From Nitrospinales bacterium (GTDB taxonomy: Bacteria; Nitrospinota; Nitrospinia; Nitrospinales; VA-1), in contig CBDCXL010000001.1 in assembly GCA_965223795.1 (NCBI GenBank), forward strand, positions 32,001 to 96,000: DNA of 64,000 nt, in the 5' to 3' direction. Of this stretch, positions 16,250 through 25,260 are shown piece after piece. The notes under the pieces were generated by a model, which did not search any database, was not told where the DNA came from, and saw only the letters and a program-made list of their open reading frames with translations. Both the position numbers and the translations under genes were made by a program. Each line of letters starts with the position of its first letter. Position 1 is the first letter of the stretch.

Positions 16250-16773
16250 TCTTCCCCTATGAAATTCCCTTGCTCCTGCTTCTGCTTGTTACTGCGGCCG
16301 GCGCACTCCTGGTCAAGGATCTGATGAGCGCCGTTTTACTCCTGGGCACTTATAGTTTTTTCCTGGCGCTGGTATGGGCGGGGCTCGGAGCCGTGGATGT
16401 CGCCTTCGTGGAAGCCGTCGTGGGAGCAGGGTTAGCTACGGTTCTGTTCCTGTTAACACTATTCGGGACCGCTCCAAAAGACACGCGTCTTCGCCGCCCT
16501 CCACCTTCTGTGGCCATGTTGATTGTTTTTCCTCTTTTGGGACTTCTTTTGCTCTATGCCGCGAACGATCTTCCCGGCTTTGGAGACCCGAATTCTCCAG
16601 CGAGTGTTCATATTTCGCCGGCCTATCTCGAGCAGAGCTATCAGGATACCCACACACCGAATGTTGTGACATCTGTGCTGATGGACTATCGATCGCTTGA
16701 TACGATGATCGAAACGGTGGTCATTTTTGCGTCCGGTATTGCGTGCGCCTTATTACTCAGGAAGCATGGATAA
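16246..16773 (+). CDS. DUF4040 / MrpA C-terminal (MbhD+MbhE-like) antiporter subunit
   Basis: AVDVAFVEAVVGAG (APDVALTE-like) and PNVVTSVLMDYRSLDTMIET. Confidence 0.88.
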   Translation: MIFPYEIPLLLLLLVTAAGALLVKDLMSAVLLLGTYSFFLALVWAGLGAVDVAFVEAVVGAGLATVLFLLTLFGTAPKDTRLRRPPPSVAMLIVFPLLGLLLLYAANDLPGFGDPNSPASVHISPAYLEQSYQDTHTPNVVTSVLMDYRSLDTMIETVVIFASGIACALLLRKHG

Positions 16774-17225
16774 TGATACGCCCACACGACAGCATCATCG
16801 TACAGTCCTTAGGCCGCTTTCTCATCCCCATGGTGCAAATTTTCGGGTTGTATGTGTTGTTTTTTGGACAATACGGACCCGGCGGGGGCTTTGTCGGCGG
16901 GGTGATTCTGGGGACGGGAATGATCGTATCGGTCTTGATTTATGGCCATGATGCTTCCCGGTCTGAAGTTGCCAAAAAGGTGTTGCATGGTGACGGGGTC
17001 GGAATGCTGATCTACGCGGGAGTGGGAGGCCTGTGCATGATTGGGGGAGGGGAGTTTCTCAATTATGCGAACCTGGAAATTCCAGGTCTGGAAACGGCTG
17101 CGCGAAGGTCTTTGGGGATCGTGCTCACGCAAATCGGTGTGGCGGTGGATGTTGCGGTGACAGCGGTTTCTATTGTGTTCAGCCTGTCTGCTGAAGAGAT
17201 TATCGAGGATTCGATCAATGGTTGA
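16773..17225 (+). CDS. mnhB: Na+/H+ antiporter subunit B (MrpB/MbhF-like)
   Basis: GQYGPGGGFVGG motif, TAATG overlap with the upstream gene. Confidence 0.9.
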   Translation: MIRPHDSIIVQSLGRFLIPMVQIFGLYVLFFGQYGPGGGFVGGVILGTGMIVSVLIYGHDASRSEVAKKVLHGDGVGMLIYAGVGGLCMIGGGEFLNYANLEIPGLETAARRSLGIVLTQIGVAVDVAVTAVSIVFSLSAEEIIEDSING

Positions 17226-17595
17226 TGCTGTTATCGCGGTTTTTCAACGCCCCAATTTTTTGGCATTTGTCATTCTGTTTCTGTGGGGCTTTTACATCAT
17301 GGTCACGCGATACAATCTGGTGAAGAAACTCATCGGGATGTATCTGGTGCAAACAAGCGTGATATTTTTTCTGGTGACGATCAGTGCGAAGAAGGACGCG
17401 ACGGTTCCAGTGCTCGTGTCAACCACGGAGGCGGTGCAAGCGGCCAGTTACGTCAATCCGTTACCTCATGTATTGACGCTGACTGCCATTGTGGTCGGCG
17501 TGGCGACCACAGGCGTGGGATTGGCCCTGTGTGGGGCAATCTATCGGCAGTATGGAAGCCTTGACGAACAAGAAATTCTCGAAAAATTAGAATGA
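17218..17595 (+). CDS. mnhC: Na+/H+ antiporter subunit C (MrpC/MbhG-like)
   Basis: NLVKKLIG and NPLPHVLTLTAIVVG motifs. Confidence 0.92.
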   Translation: MVDAVIAVFQRPNFLAFVILFLWGFYIMVTRYNLVKKLIGMYLVQTSVIFFLVTISAKKDATVPVLVSTTEAVQAASYVNPLPHVLTLTAIVVGVATTGVGLALCGAIYRQYGSLDEQEILEKLE

Positions 17596-19061
17596 GTCAC
17601 CAACTTCCCGCAATCCTGTTCCTTCTCCCATTGTTTGCCGCTATTTCCATGCCGGTGGTTTGTCTGAAGCACCGACACTGGAGCCACCGAATTACTTTGG
17701 TGACTCTTGCGGCCATGGTTCCGGTCTCCATTTTGAACCTGCATAACGTCGTTCATCATGGAGAAGTGCGGTATGTATTTGGGGGGTGGGCTGTGCCCCT
17801 GGGCATCGAGTGGGTGGCCGATGGACTGGCAAGTGTCATGTTGGTGTTATTGAGTGCCTTGTGTCTGCTGGGCGTGGTGTTTGCCGGGCCCACTTCCCCA
17901 AAGGATCTGGGTGGCCGAATCGTTCATTTTTACACGCTGGTTTTGTTGCTGGTGTCCTCCCTGGCCGGCATCGTGTTCGCGGGCGATTTTTTCAACCTGT
18001 TCGTGTTTTTAGAAGTCGCGGCCATCTCGAGTTACGCGCTCATTGGTGTCGCCGGAGGGAGAGCGTTATTCGCAGCGTTTCGCTATCTGATTTTAGGAAC
18101 CCTCGGCGCTTCCCTATATCTTTTAGGGGTGAGTTATCTCTATGCGGTCAGCGGCACACTGAATATGGCCGATATGGTTGAGAAACTTCCCTTGTTGCTG
18201 CACTCTAAAGCTCTGGTGGGTGGGCTGCTTTTTATGTTCATTGGCCTGGGGATCAAGATGGCCCTGGTTCCATTTCATTCCTGGCTGCCCGAGTCTTATA
18301 CCAATGCTCCCGATTCCGTTTCCCCTATCCTGGCTTCACTCGTCACCAAAGTGGCGCTGGTGGCGTGGGTCAGAATCATCTATTGGGTCTTCAATACATC
18401 CATTGCCATTAACGATATCCCGATATTGCTGCTGGTGGAAGTTGTGGGAGCATTGGCGGCAGTGATAGGGGCGAGTCTGGCCCTGGCCCAGCGGGAAATT
18501 AAAATGATGTTCGCTTATGGGGGGATTTCGCACATCGGCATCATTCTCATTGGAATCGGTCAAGGCAACCAAACCGGATTTGTCGGAGGAATTTTTTATT
18601 TGTTGAACGATGCCGTTATGCAAGCGGCCCTGTTTTTTTTAGCAGGCGTGGCGTTTTGTCAGTATGGAGTCAGAACCATTGAAGACATGGGGCGCGTCGG
18701 GAAACAAGTCCCCTGGATCACGGGTTCTTTGATTGTCATGGCCCTGGGCATGATCGGCCTGCCTCCGACGGGTGGATTTTTTGGCAAGTGGTACATCATA
18801 CTTGGAGCGTTGGAAGCGGGCAATTATATTTCGGTTGCCGCGGTGTTGCTCTCCACGCTCTTGACGCTGGCCTATTTCGTCAAGTTGTTTGAGAGCATAT
18901 TCCGCCAAAAAACGACACGGTTGGTCGATCCGTCCGGTGAAATTCCCCTCTCCTTTAAACTGAACCTGGGAGTCACCTCCGCAGCGATCGTGATTCTCGG
19001 TTTGTTCAGTTCTCCCATCATTCAAATGCTGTTGAGCCAAGCTCTGCCACCCCGTCTTTGA
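17592..19061 (+). CDS. mnhD: Antiporter-like proton-conducting subunit D (MrpD/MbhH-like)
   Basis: GGW..PLGIE, FNLFVFLE, IKMALVPFHSWLP, LVTKV, GLPPTGGFFGKW. The conserved charged TM residues are present. Confidence 0.92.
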   Translation: MSHQLPAILFLLPLFAAISMPVVCLKHRHWSHRITLVTLAAMVPVSILNLHNVVHHGEVRYVFGGWAVPLGIEWVADGLASVMLVLLSALCLLGVVFAGPTSPKDLGGRIVHFYTLVLLLVSSLAGIVFAGDFFNLFVFLEVAAISSYALIGVAGGRALFAAFRYLILGTLGASLYLLGVSYLYAVSGTLNMADMVEKLPLLLHSKALVGGLLFMFIGLGIKMALVPFHSWLPESYTNAPDSVSPILASLVTKVALVAWVRIIYWVFNTSIAINDIPILLLVEVVGALAAVIGASLALAQREIKMMFAYGGISHIGIILIGIGQGNQTGFVGGIFYLLNDAVMQAALFFLAGVAFCQYGVRTIEDMGRVGKQVPWITGSLIVMALGMIGLPPTGGFFGKWYIILGALEAGNYISVAAVLLSTLLTLAYFVKLFESIFRQKTTRLVDPSGEIPLSFKLNLGVTSAAIVILGLFSSPIIQMLLSQALPPRL

Positions 19062-19069
19062 GGGAAACG

Positions 19070-21172
19070 ATGGCCATTTTTTCCCTCATACCGTTGCTTC
19101 CCCTGCTGGCGTCTCTCATTCTTCTGCTCGGGGGACGTCGTTGGGGTGAAAACAGTCACCTGATCGGGATTCCTGCCATCGGTTTGTCCTTCGGATTGTC
19201 GGTTGCCGCTTTCATTGAAGTCTGGAGACATGGACCCTTTACGCTTTCACTATATCGCCTTTTTAAATCGGGTTCCCTGTCCATCGATTTGACTCTGTAC
19301 GTTGACCAGCTGACGGTTTTGCTTTTGCTGCTGGTCACAGGAGTGAGCGGGGTGGTGCATGTGTATTCCTCCCGTTACATGATAGGAGAGTCCCGATACA
19401 ACCGTTTCTTCGCCGTCATTGCCTTGTTTACGTTTTCCATGATTATGCTGGTCATGAGCGGCAATCTTTTGATTCTGCTGATCAGCTGGGAAGTCATGGG
19501 GATCTGTTCCTATCTGTTGATTTCTCATGCCGCAGATCGGCCTTCGGCTTGCCGGGCAGCCACAAAAGCGTTTCTCGTCAACGCAATCGCGGATGTCGGT
19601 TTGAGTTTTGGCATCATTCTGACCTTTTATACCTTCGGCACACTCGATATCCCGGCCATTCTGGCGCAGGCTGAAGGCATGCAGGACCACACCATCCATA
19701 TTTTGGGGTGGATGGGCCTGGATCTTCATATCTATCCCGTGACGCTGATTCCCTTTTTCCTCTTTATCGGGGCCATGGGGAAATCGGCACAAATTCCGTT
19801 CCACGTGTGGCTGCCCTTTGCGATGGAAGCGCCGACTCCGGTCTCGGCATTGATTCATGCGGCCACGATGGTGAATGCGGGTCCTTTTTTGCTGGTGCGG
19901 TTGAGCCCGTTGATCGTCCTTTCACCGTACGCCATGATGTTTATTTTCATTATTGGCGCCACGACCGCGGTCTTTGCCGGCATCGTTTCCTTGACGCAAT
20001 CGGACATCAAAAAGATTTTGGCCTATTCCACGATCAGTCAAATCGGGTTCATGGTCATGGCCTGTGGTTTGGGCGCGTTTGCAGTGGCGATCTTCCATCT
20101 TCTTGCCCACGGCTGCTACAAAGCGTTCTTTTTCCTGTCTACCGGCAATGCGTTGCGATCGGTCGAACAGAACCTTGAGCATGGTGACCATGAACCCCGT
20201 GTGGCTAAGGGCATGGGGAGCCTGTATGGCGGGGCCTTGCTATTGGCGCTGATCCCGCCATTCGTGCTGTTTTCCGGACCCTATGAATATTTGTGGGGCG
20301 TCACCGGGTTTGCTTCTGCCACGATCGGATTTAAAATCATTGGCTTGATCACGGTGTTTGTGGCTTCTCAATATTTATTTAAGGGCGTCACTTCGCTGTT
20401 TGTTCAGGGGCCCAAAACGTACTGGCCTGTTTCAGGACAGCCTGGTTTGGAGACGCAATCTGTCCGGCCACAGTTTTTAAATGGTTCCATTTTAATAGGA
20501 CTTTTTCTGGCTACAGTTGTTACCGGGGGGCTGTTGACGCTGTTTTGGAGTTGGTTCGCTGACTTTCTCGCTCCCGCGTTTACCTTTCAAGGGGGCATGT
20601 CGGGCGAAGGCGCCGTTGGGCAGGGCTTTCCTGTCTGGCTTGGGGTTTCACTTTTTATGGCAGTGGCGGGGTGGGCCTATGCCTACTCAACACAGATCCG
20701 GTCTCAACATGGAGTCTCAAGAGCAAATAAAATAAGCAGCCGATTGTATGTCCTCTTCTGGAATAAAGGATACTTTGATGAGATCTATGATGTCTATCTG
20801 GTGACCCCAACCATCCGATTCGCACACTGGTTGTGGCGGATTATTGATATTGGAGTTATCGATCGATTCGTCCATACTATCGCAAATTACTCTGTGTATT
20901 TTGCCGGGTGGTTGTGGCGAATTTTTGACTTGAGAATCATCGATCGATTCGTTCATTTTATCGCTAATTTTTCTGTGTTCATTTCCAGGCGATTGTGGCG
21001 AATCGTGGATATCGGCTGGTTGGAGCGGAAAGTGGGACATGCAGCCAGGCAAGCGAATACTGCGGGTCAATTGATGCAGGAGATGGAATCCCGTACCATT
21101 CAACATCAGATCTTGGTGATGATATTCTGGCTGGTGGCGATGACGGGCCTCTTGTATATTTTGGTCCAATGA
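19070..21172 (+). CDS. NuoL/DabB-like proton-conducting subunit with extended lateral helix
   Basis: SWEVMG, GKSAQIPFHVWLP.AMEAPTPVSALIHAATMV, DIKKILAYSTISQ, HGCYKA. The C-terminal NKGYFDEIY helix contains 27-aa repeats and is followed by a terminal TM helix. Confidence 0.88.
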   Translation: MAIFSLIPLLPLLASLILLLGGRRWGENSHLIGIPAIGLSFGLSVAAFIEVWRHGPFTLSLYRLFKSGSLSIDLTLYVDQLTVLLLLLVTGVSGVVHVYSSRYMIGESRYNRFFAVIALFTFSMIMLVMSGNLLILLISWEVMGICSYLLISHAADRPSACRAATKAFLVNAIADVGLSFGIILTFYTFGTLDIPAILAQAEGMQDHTIHILGWMGLDLHIYPVTLIPFFLFIGAMGKSAQIPFHVWLPFAMEAPTPVSALIHAATMVNAGPFLLVRLSPLIVLSPYAMMFIFIIGATTAVFAGIVSLTQSDIKKILAYSTISQIGFMVMACGLGAFAVAIFHLLAHGCYKAFFFLSTGNALRSVEQNLEHGDHEPRVAKGMGSLYGGALLLALIPPFVLFSGPYEYLWGVTGFASATIGFKIIGLITVFVASQYLFKGVTSLFVQGPKTYWPVSGQPGLETQSVRPQFLNGSILIGLFLATVVTGGLLTLFWSWFADFLAPAFTFQGGMSGEGAVGQGFPVWLGVSLFMAVAGWAYAYSTQIRSQHGVSRANKISSRLYVLFWNKGYFDEIYDVYLVTPTIRFAHWLWRIIDIGVIDRFVHTIANYSVYFAGWLWRIFDLRIIDRFVHFIANFSVFISRRLWRIVDIGWLERKVGHAARQANTAGQLMQEMESRTIQHQILVMIFWLVAMTGLLYILVQ
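20828..21070 (+). repeat. 81-nt (27-aa) degenerate tandem repeat x3 inside the NuoL-like gene
   Basis: Units begin at 20828 (tggttgtggcgga), 20909 (tggttgtggcgaa) and 20990 (cgattgtggcgaa), an exact 81-nt period. Confidence 0.9.
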
Positions 21173-21288
21173 ATTTTCAATGTGAGCCTCTATTAAAACA
21201 AGGGTCTTGCTAATAGCCTGGATGAACTTTCTTAAGCTCTCTTGAATAGCGAGGTTTTTGCTTTTTTCGCAGGAAAGGAATTTCTTTG

Positions 21289-22797
21289 ATGACTCTATTG
21301 ATGGATCATCTGATCAGTTGGATGATCGCTGTTCCCATTTTGGGGATCGTCAGTCTGGCATTTGTGCGTGGTGAAGGAGCGATCCGACGCATCGCCTTTG
21401 GCTTCGCACTGGTGGAGTTTTTCCTTTCGCTGGTACTCTGGAAGAATTTTGATTTCACCAAAAATAGCATGCAGTTCGTTGAGCGTGTGGAATGGATGCC
21501 CACGTTCAACATTCAGTATGCGGTGGGTGTCGATGGCATCAGCATTCTCATGGTATTGCTCACAACCCTTCTCTGCCCACTCTGTGTTCTTTGTTCGTGG
21601 ACGGGAATCACAACACGCGTGCGAGCGTATCTCTCGCTGATCCTGCTGGTTGAAAGCGCCATGATTGTGGTTTTTACGGCTTTGGATCTTTTCCTGTTTT
21701 TCATGTTGTGGGAAGTCACCATGATTCCCATGTATTTCATGATCATTCTCTGGGGAGGGCCGAATCGTATTGCCGCCGGGCTTAAATTCGTCTTGTACAG
21801 TCTGACAGGAAGCCTGCTGCTGCTGGTGGGAATACTGGGTACTTATCTTAAAGGCGGACATACCTACGATCTGCTGGTGCTGACCGAACAAACCTATTCT
21901 TCCAGCACGCAATTCTGGTTATTCCTGGTGTTCTTTCTGGCTTTCGCAATCAAAATGCCCATGGTCCCCTTTCATACGTGGCTCCCCGACGCGCACTCCG
22001 AAGCTCCGACGGCTGGCAGTGTGATCCTGGCCGGGGTGCTGTTGAAAATGGGCGGATACGGGTTTTTGCGTTTTTGTTTGCCGATGTTTCCAGAGGCGTC
22101 GATGAAGTTCGCCCCCTATATTTTGTGGTTGTCTGTTTTGGCCATTGTCTATGGCGGGTATGTTGCCCTGGCGCAGACAGATCTTAAAAAGCTCGTGGCC
22201 TATTCTTCCGTTTCCCATATGGGTTTTGTCACTCTCGGAATTTTTGTGTTCAACAGCCAGGGGATCCAGGGGGCCGTCCTGCAAATGTTCAATCACGGGA
22301 TCACGACGGCGGCCTTATTCATCGCTGTCGGGCAATTGTACGACCGCACTCACAGCCGGGCCATTTCCGACTACGGCGGCTTGCATAAATCCATGCCAAG
22401 ATTCGTTGCCTTGTTCTTCCTGTTCTCCGTCGCCGCCTTCGGACTGCCAGGCACGTGCAATTTCATCGGCGAATTTTTAGTCCTGGTGGGAACTTCCTAT
22501 GTCAGCTTGACCATGGTTCTTATCTCTCTGGGCGGTATCATTCTGGCAGCCGCGTATATGTTGTGGATGCTGCAAAGGGTGGTGTTGGGAAAGCCATCGA
22601 CGGAAGCCGCCAGAATGATCCCGGATTTGTCGAACCGGGAATTGGCCACGCTCATTCCACTGGCTATCCTCGTATTGAGCATTGGACTGTATCCCGGGCC
22701 CTTAATGGAGATGATGGATGCGAGTGTGATTCACCTCATCGAAAAAACCACAGGGTTGCAGGGTGCCGCAGTGCCTCAACTTCAGCCTGGGCCCTGA
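21289..22797 (+). CDS. nuoM: NuoM-like (complex I subunit 4 family) proton-pumping subunit
   Basis: GVDGIS, LWEVTMIPMY, IKMPMVPFHTWLPDAHSEAPT, LLKMGGYG, YSSVSHMG, NFIGEF. Confidence 0.92.
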   Translation: MTLLMDHLISWMIAVPILGIVSLAFVRGEGAIRRIAFGFALVEFFLSLVLWKNFDFTKNSMQFVERVEWMPTFNIQYAVGVDGISILMVLLTTLLCPLCVLCSWTGITTRVRAYLSLILLVESAMIVVFTALDLFLFFMLWEVTMIPMYFMIILWGGPNRIAAGLKFVLYSLTGSLLLLVGILGTYLKGGHTYDLLVLTEQTYSSSTQFWLFLVFFLAFAIKMPMVPFHTWLPDAHSEAPTAGSVILAGVLLKMGGYGFLRFCLPMFPEASMKFAPYILWLSVLAIVYGGYVALAQTDLKKLVAYSSVSHMGFVTLGIFVFNSQGIQGAVLQMFNHGITTAALFIAVGQLYDRTHSRAISDYGGLHKSMPRFVALFFLFSVAAFGLPGTCNFIGEFLVLVGTSYVSLTMVLISLGGIILAAAYMLWMLQRVVLGKPSTEAARMIPDLSNRELATLIPLAILVLSIGLYPGPLMEMMDASVIHLIEKTTGLQGAAVPQLQPGP

Positions 22798-22855
22798 TCA
22801 AAACTGTATCCCCGGCAGGAGCCGCACCGCCGTCATCCTGACGGCTCACATCCTC

Positions 22856-23662
22856 CTATAAAAAACTCAGGATCACGACCGCCAGCAGGATGCGGTAGAC
22901 GATGAAAGGCAGCAGGCCGACGCGGGCGACGATTTTGAGCAGCAGCTTGATGGAAATGAGGCCGACGAGGAAACTCACCAGAAAGCCGATGCCGAGCTGG
23001 GTGTTGTTGTAAACGACATGCTCGTCCGGGTGAGCCAGCCAGGATGCGAGAGAATGCAGACCCGCCGCCATGATGATGGGAGTCCCCAGTAAAAACGAGA
23101 AGCGCGCGGCGGCGGTGTGGCTGAGGTTGGTGAACAGTCCGGCGGCGATGGTGATTCCCGAGCGTGAGGTGCCGGGCAACAGCGCCACCGCCTGGGCGAC
23201 GCCCACCAGCATCACTTGTCCCAAAGTCATGGACTTCATGGCGATGCCTTCCTGCTTGCGCTTCGCCGCATAGCGGTCGGCGATCAGGAACACCACCGAC
23301 CAGACGATCAGGTTGACGGCGACGAAGTCCGTGCTGCGCAGGTTCGCCTCGATCGCATCCTTGCCGAACAGGCCCACGAGGCCCGCGGGCACCGACGCGA
23401 GCAGGATGCTGAAGGCGATCCTGCGGTCGTCCGGGTCGGCGTTTTTGTCGAACAGGCTGAAGAACAGTCTGGAAAGGTCGGCGCGGAAGTAGATGAGGAT
23501 CGCCAGCAGGGTCCCCAGATGCAGGATGGCGTCGAGGGCCAGGCCCTGGTCCTGAAAGTCGAACACGAGGGGAGTGAGGATCAGGTGGCCCGAGCTGGAT
23601 ACGGGGAGAAACTCCGTGATCCCCTGGATGATGCTCAGAATGATGATCTGAATGGTTTCCAA
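22856..23662 (-). CDS. uppP: Undecaprenyl-diphosphate phosphatase
   Basis: QGITEFLPVSSSGHL, HLGT, PGTSRSG, AARFSFLL. The TTG start at 23662 is an estimate. Confidence 0.95.
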   Translation of the reverse strand: METIQIIILSIIQGITEFLPVSSSGHLILTPLVFDFQDQGLALDAILHLGTLLAILIYFRADLSRLFFSLFDKNADPDDRRIAFSILLASVPAGLVGLFGKDAIEANLRSTDFVAVNLIVWSVVFLIADRYAAKRKQEGIAMKSMTLGQVMLVGVAQAVALLPGTSRSGITIAAGLFTNLSHTAAARFSFLLGTPIIMAAGLHSLASWLAHPDEHVVYNNTQLGIGFLVSFLVGLISIKLLLKIVARVGLLPFIVYRILLAVVILSFL

Positions 23663-23767
23663 TGTGTGCGCAGGAATGCAGAAGTGAAAAGAAAAGCAGC
23701 GGGAATTATACGGTTTCCTTTTTGTCAGGTACACCGTTATTTCGGATTTCCGACAATTGAGCCGCAG

Positions 23768-23796
23768 TTGCCGGTGCCTGGAAAGTGTGCTATGTT
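23768..23796 (+). promoter_or_regulatory. Putative sigma70 promoter for the aminotransferase-hom-thrC operon
   Basis: TTGCCG-N17-TATGTT with an extended -10 TG. Confidence 0.45.
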
Positions 23797-23975
23797 AACG
23801 CTTCAACCGGCCGGAGGGCGTAAAATTAAGGATTTACCTTCCTTTGAACCCGGGATTGACTCTGGCTGGAATGCGATTGGCCAACCCGAATTCATATCCG
23901 ACAGGACATCCGCTACCCGGCACCCGGTTCGAGGCGGGATCGTCCCGCTGTTTCCATCGATCGAGTTATCGTACT

Positions 23976-25142
23976 ATGAGGCATTTCCCAAGAATCGACC
24001 GGCTGCCGCCGTATGTGTTCGCGATTGTCAATGATCTCAAGCTGAAGGCGCGCCGCAAGGGAGACGACATCATCGATTTCGGGATGGGCAATCCCGACAT
24101 GCCGACGCCCAAGCACATCGTCGACAAACTGTGCGAGGCGGCGCGCAAGCCGCCCAACCACCGCTACTCGCTGTCGCGCGGCATCTACAAGCTCAGGCTG
24201 GCGATCACCGACTGGTACAAGCGCAATTTCGACGTCGAGCTGGACCCGGATACCGAGGCCATCGCCACCATCGGGTCCAAGGAGGGGATCTCGCACCTGG
24301 CGCTGGCGATCATCGGGCCGGGGGATTCGGTGATGGTGCCGACGCCCACCTATCCCATCCACACCTACGCGTTCATTCTGGCGAACGGCGACGTGATCCA
24401 GGTGCCGATGGGCAAGGACGTGGACTTCTTCCAGGCGCTTTTGGACACGTTCAAGCGCAACTGGCCGCGGCCGAAAGCGCTGGTGCTCAATTTTCCGCAC
24501 AACCCGACCACCGAAGTGGTGGACCTGGAATTTTTCGAAAAGACCGTGGCCTTCGCCAAGGAACACGAACTGATCGTGATCCACGACTTCGCCTACGCGG
24601 ATCTCACGTTCGACGGTTACCGGGCGCCAAGCCTGCTGCAGGTGCCGGGCGCCAAGGATGTGGGCGTCGAGTTCTTCACGTTGTCGAAAAGCTACAATAT
24701 GCCGGGATGGCGGGTCGGCTTTGTGGTGGGAAACAAGGAGATCGTGCACGCGCTCAGCCGGGTGAAGAGTTATCAGGATTACGGCATGTTCCAGCCGATC
24801 CAGATCGCCGGCATCATTGCCCTGAACGGGCCGCGCGAATGCGTCGAGGAGATCCGGCAGACTTACCTGAGCCGGCGCAACGTGCTGTGCGAAGGGCTCA
24901 ACCGCATCGGCTGGTCCGTCGAGCCGCCCAAGGCCACGATGTTCGTGTGGGGCGAGATCCCGGACAAGTACAAGCCGATGGGATCTCTGGAATTCTCAAA
25001 AATGATGATCGAAAAAGCCAAGGTCGCGGTTTCACCCGGCATCGGTTTCGGCGAGGGCGGCGATCATTTCGTGCGCTTTTCCCTGGTGGAGAACGAGCAC
25101 CGCATTCGCCAGGCGGTGCGCGGCATTCGGGAAATCATGTGA
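23976..25142 (+). CDS. PLP-dependent class I/II aminotransferase (AlaC-like)
   Basis: [53 protein letters not shown]. Position before hom is typical of AlaC-like genes. Confidence 0.9.
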   Translation: MRHFPRIDRLPPYVFAIVNDLKLKARRKGDDIIDFGMGNPDMPTPKHIVDKLCEAARKPPNHRYSLSRGIYKLRLAITDWYKRNFDVELDPDTEAIATIGSKEGISHLALAIIGPGDSVMVPTPTYPIHTYAFILANGDVIQVPMGKDVDFFQALLDTFKRNWPRPKALVLNFPHNPTTEVVDLEFFEKTVAFAKEHELIVIHDFAYADLTFDGYRAPSLLQVPGAKDVGVEFFTLSKSYNMPGWRVGFVVGNKEIVHALSRVKSYQDYGMFQPIQIAGIIALNGPRECVEEIRQTYLSRRNVLCEGLNRIGWSVEPPKATMFVWGEIPDKYKPMGSLEFSKMMIEKAKVAVSPGIGFGEGGDHFVRFSLVENEHRIRQAVRGIREIM

Positions 25143-25260
25143 AGCTTTTTCATCTGCAGGAACGATTCAGGGTATGAAAACAATTTTTGCACGTCATGCA
25201 GAAACGCAACCGTGATATGAAAACCATTTTTTGTGCGGCATTGAGAGCCCGCAGCGTTTT

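Noticed and set aside
19070..22797. Respiratory complex I (nuo) operon or membrane-bound hydrogenase
   Set aside because: No nuoA-K/N, NuoH-like, Fe-S or [NiFe] subunits are adjacent. The context is dabA plus mrp.
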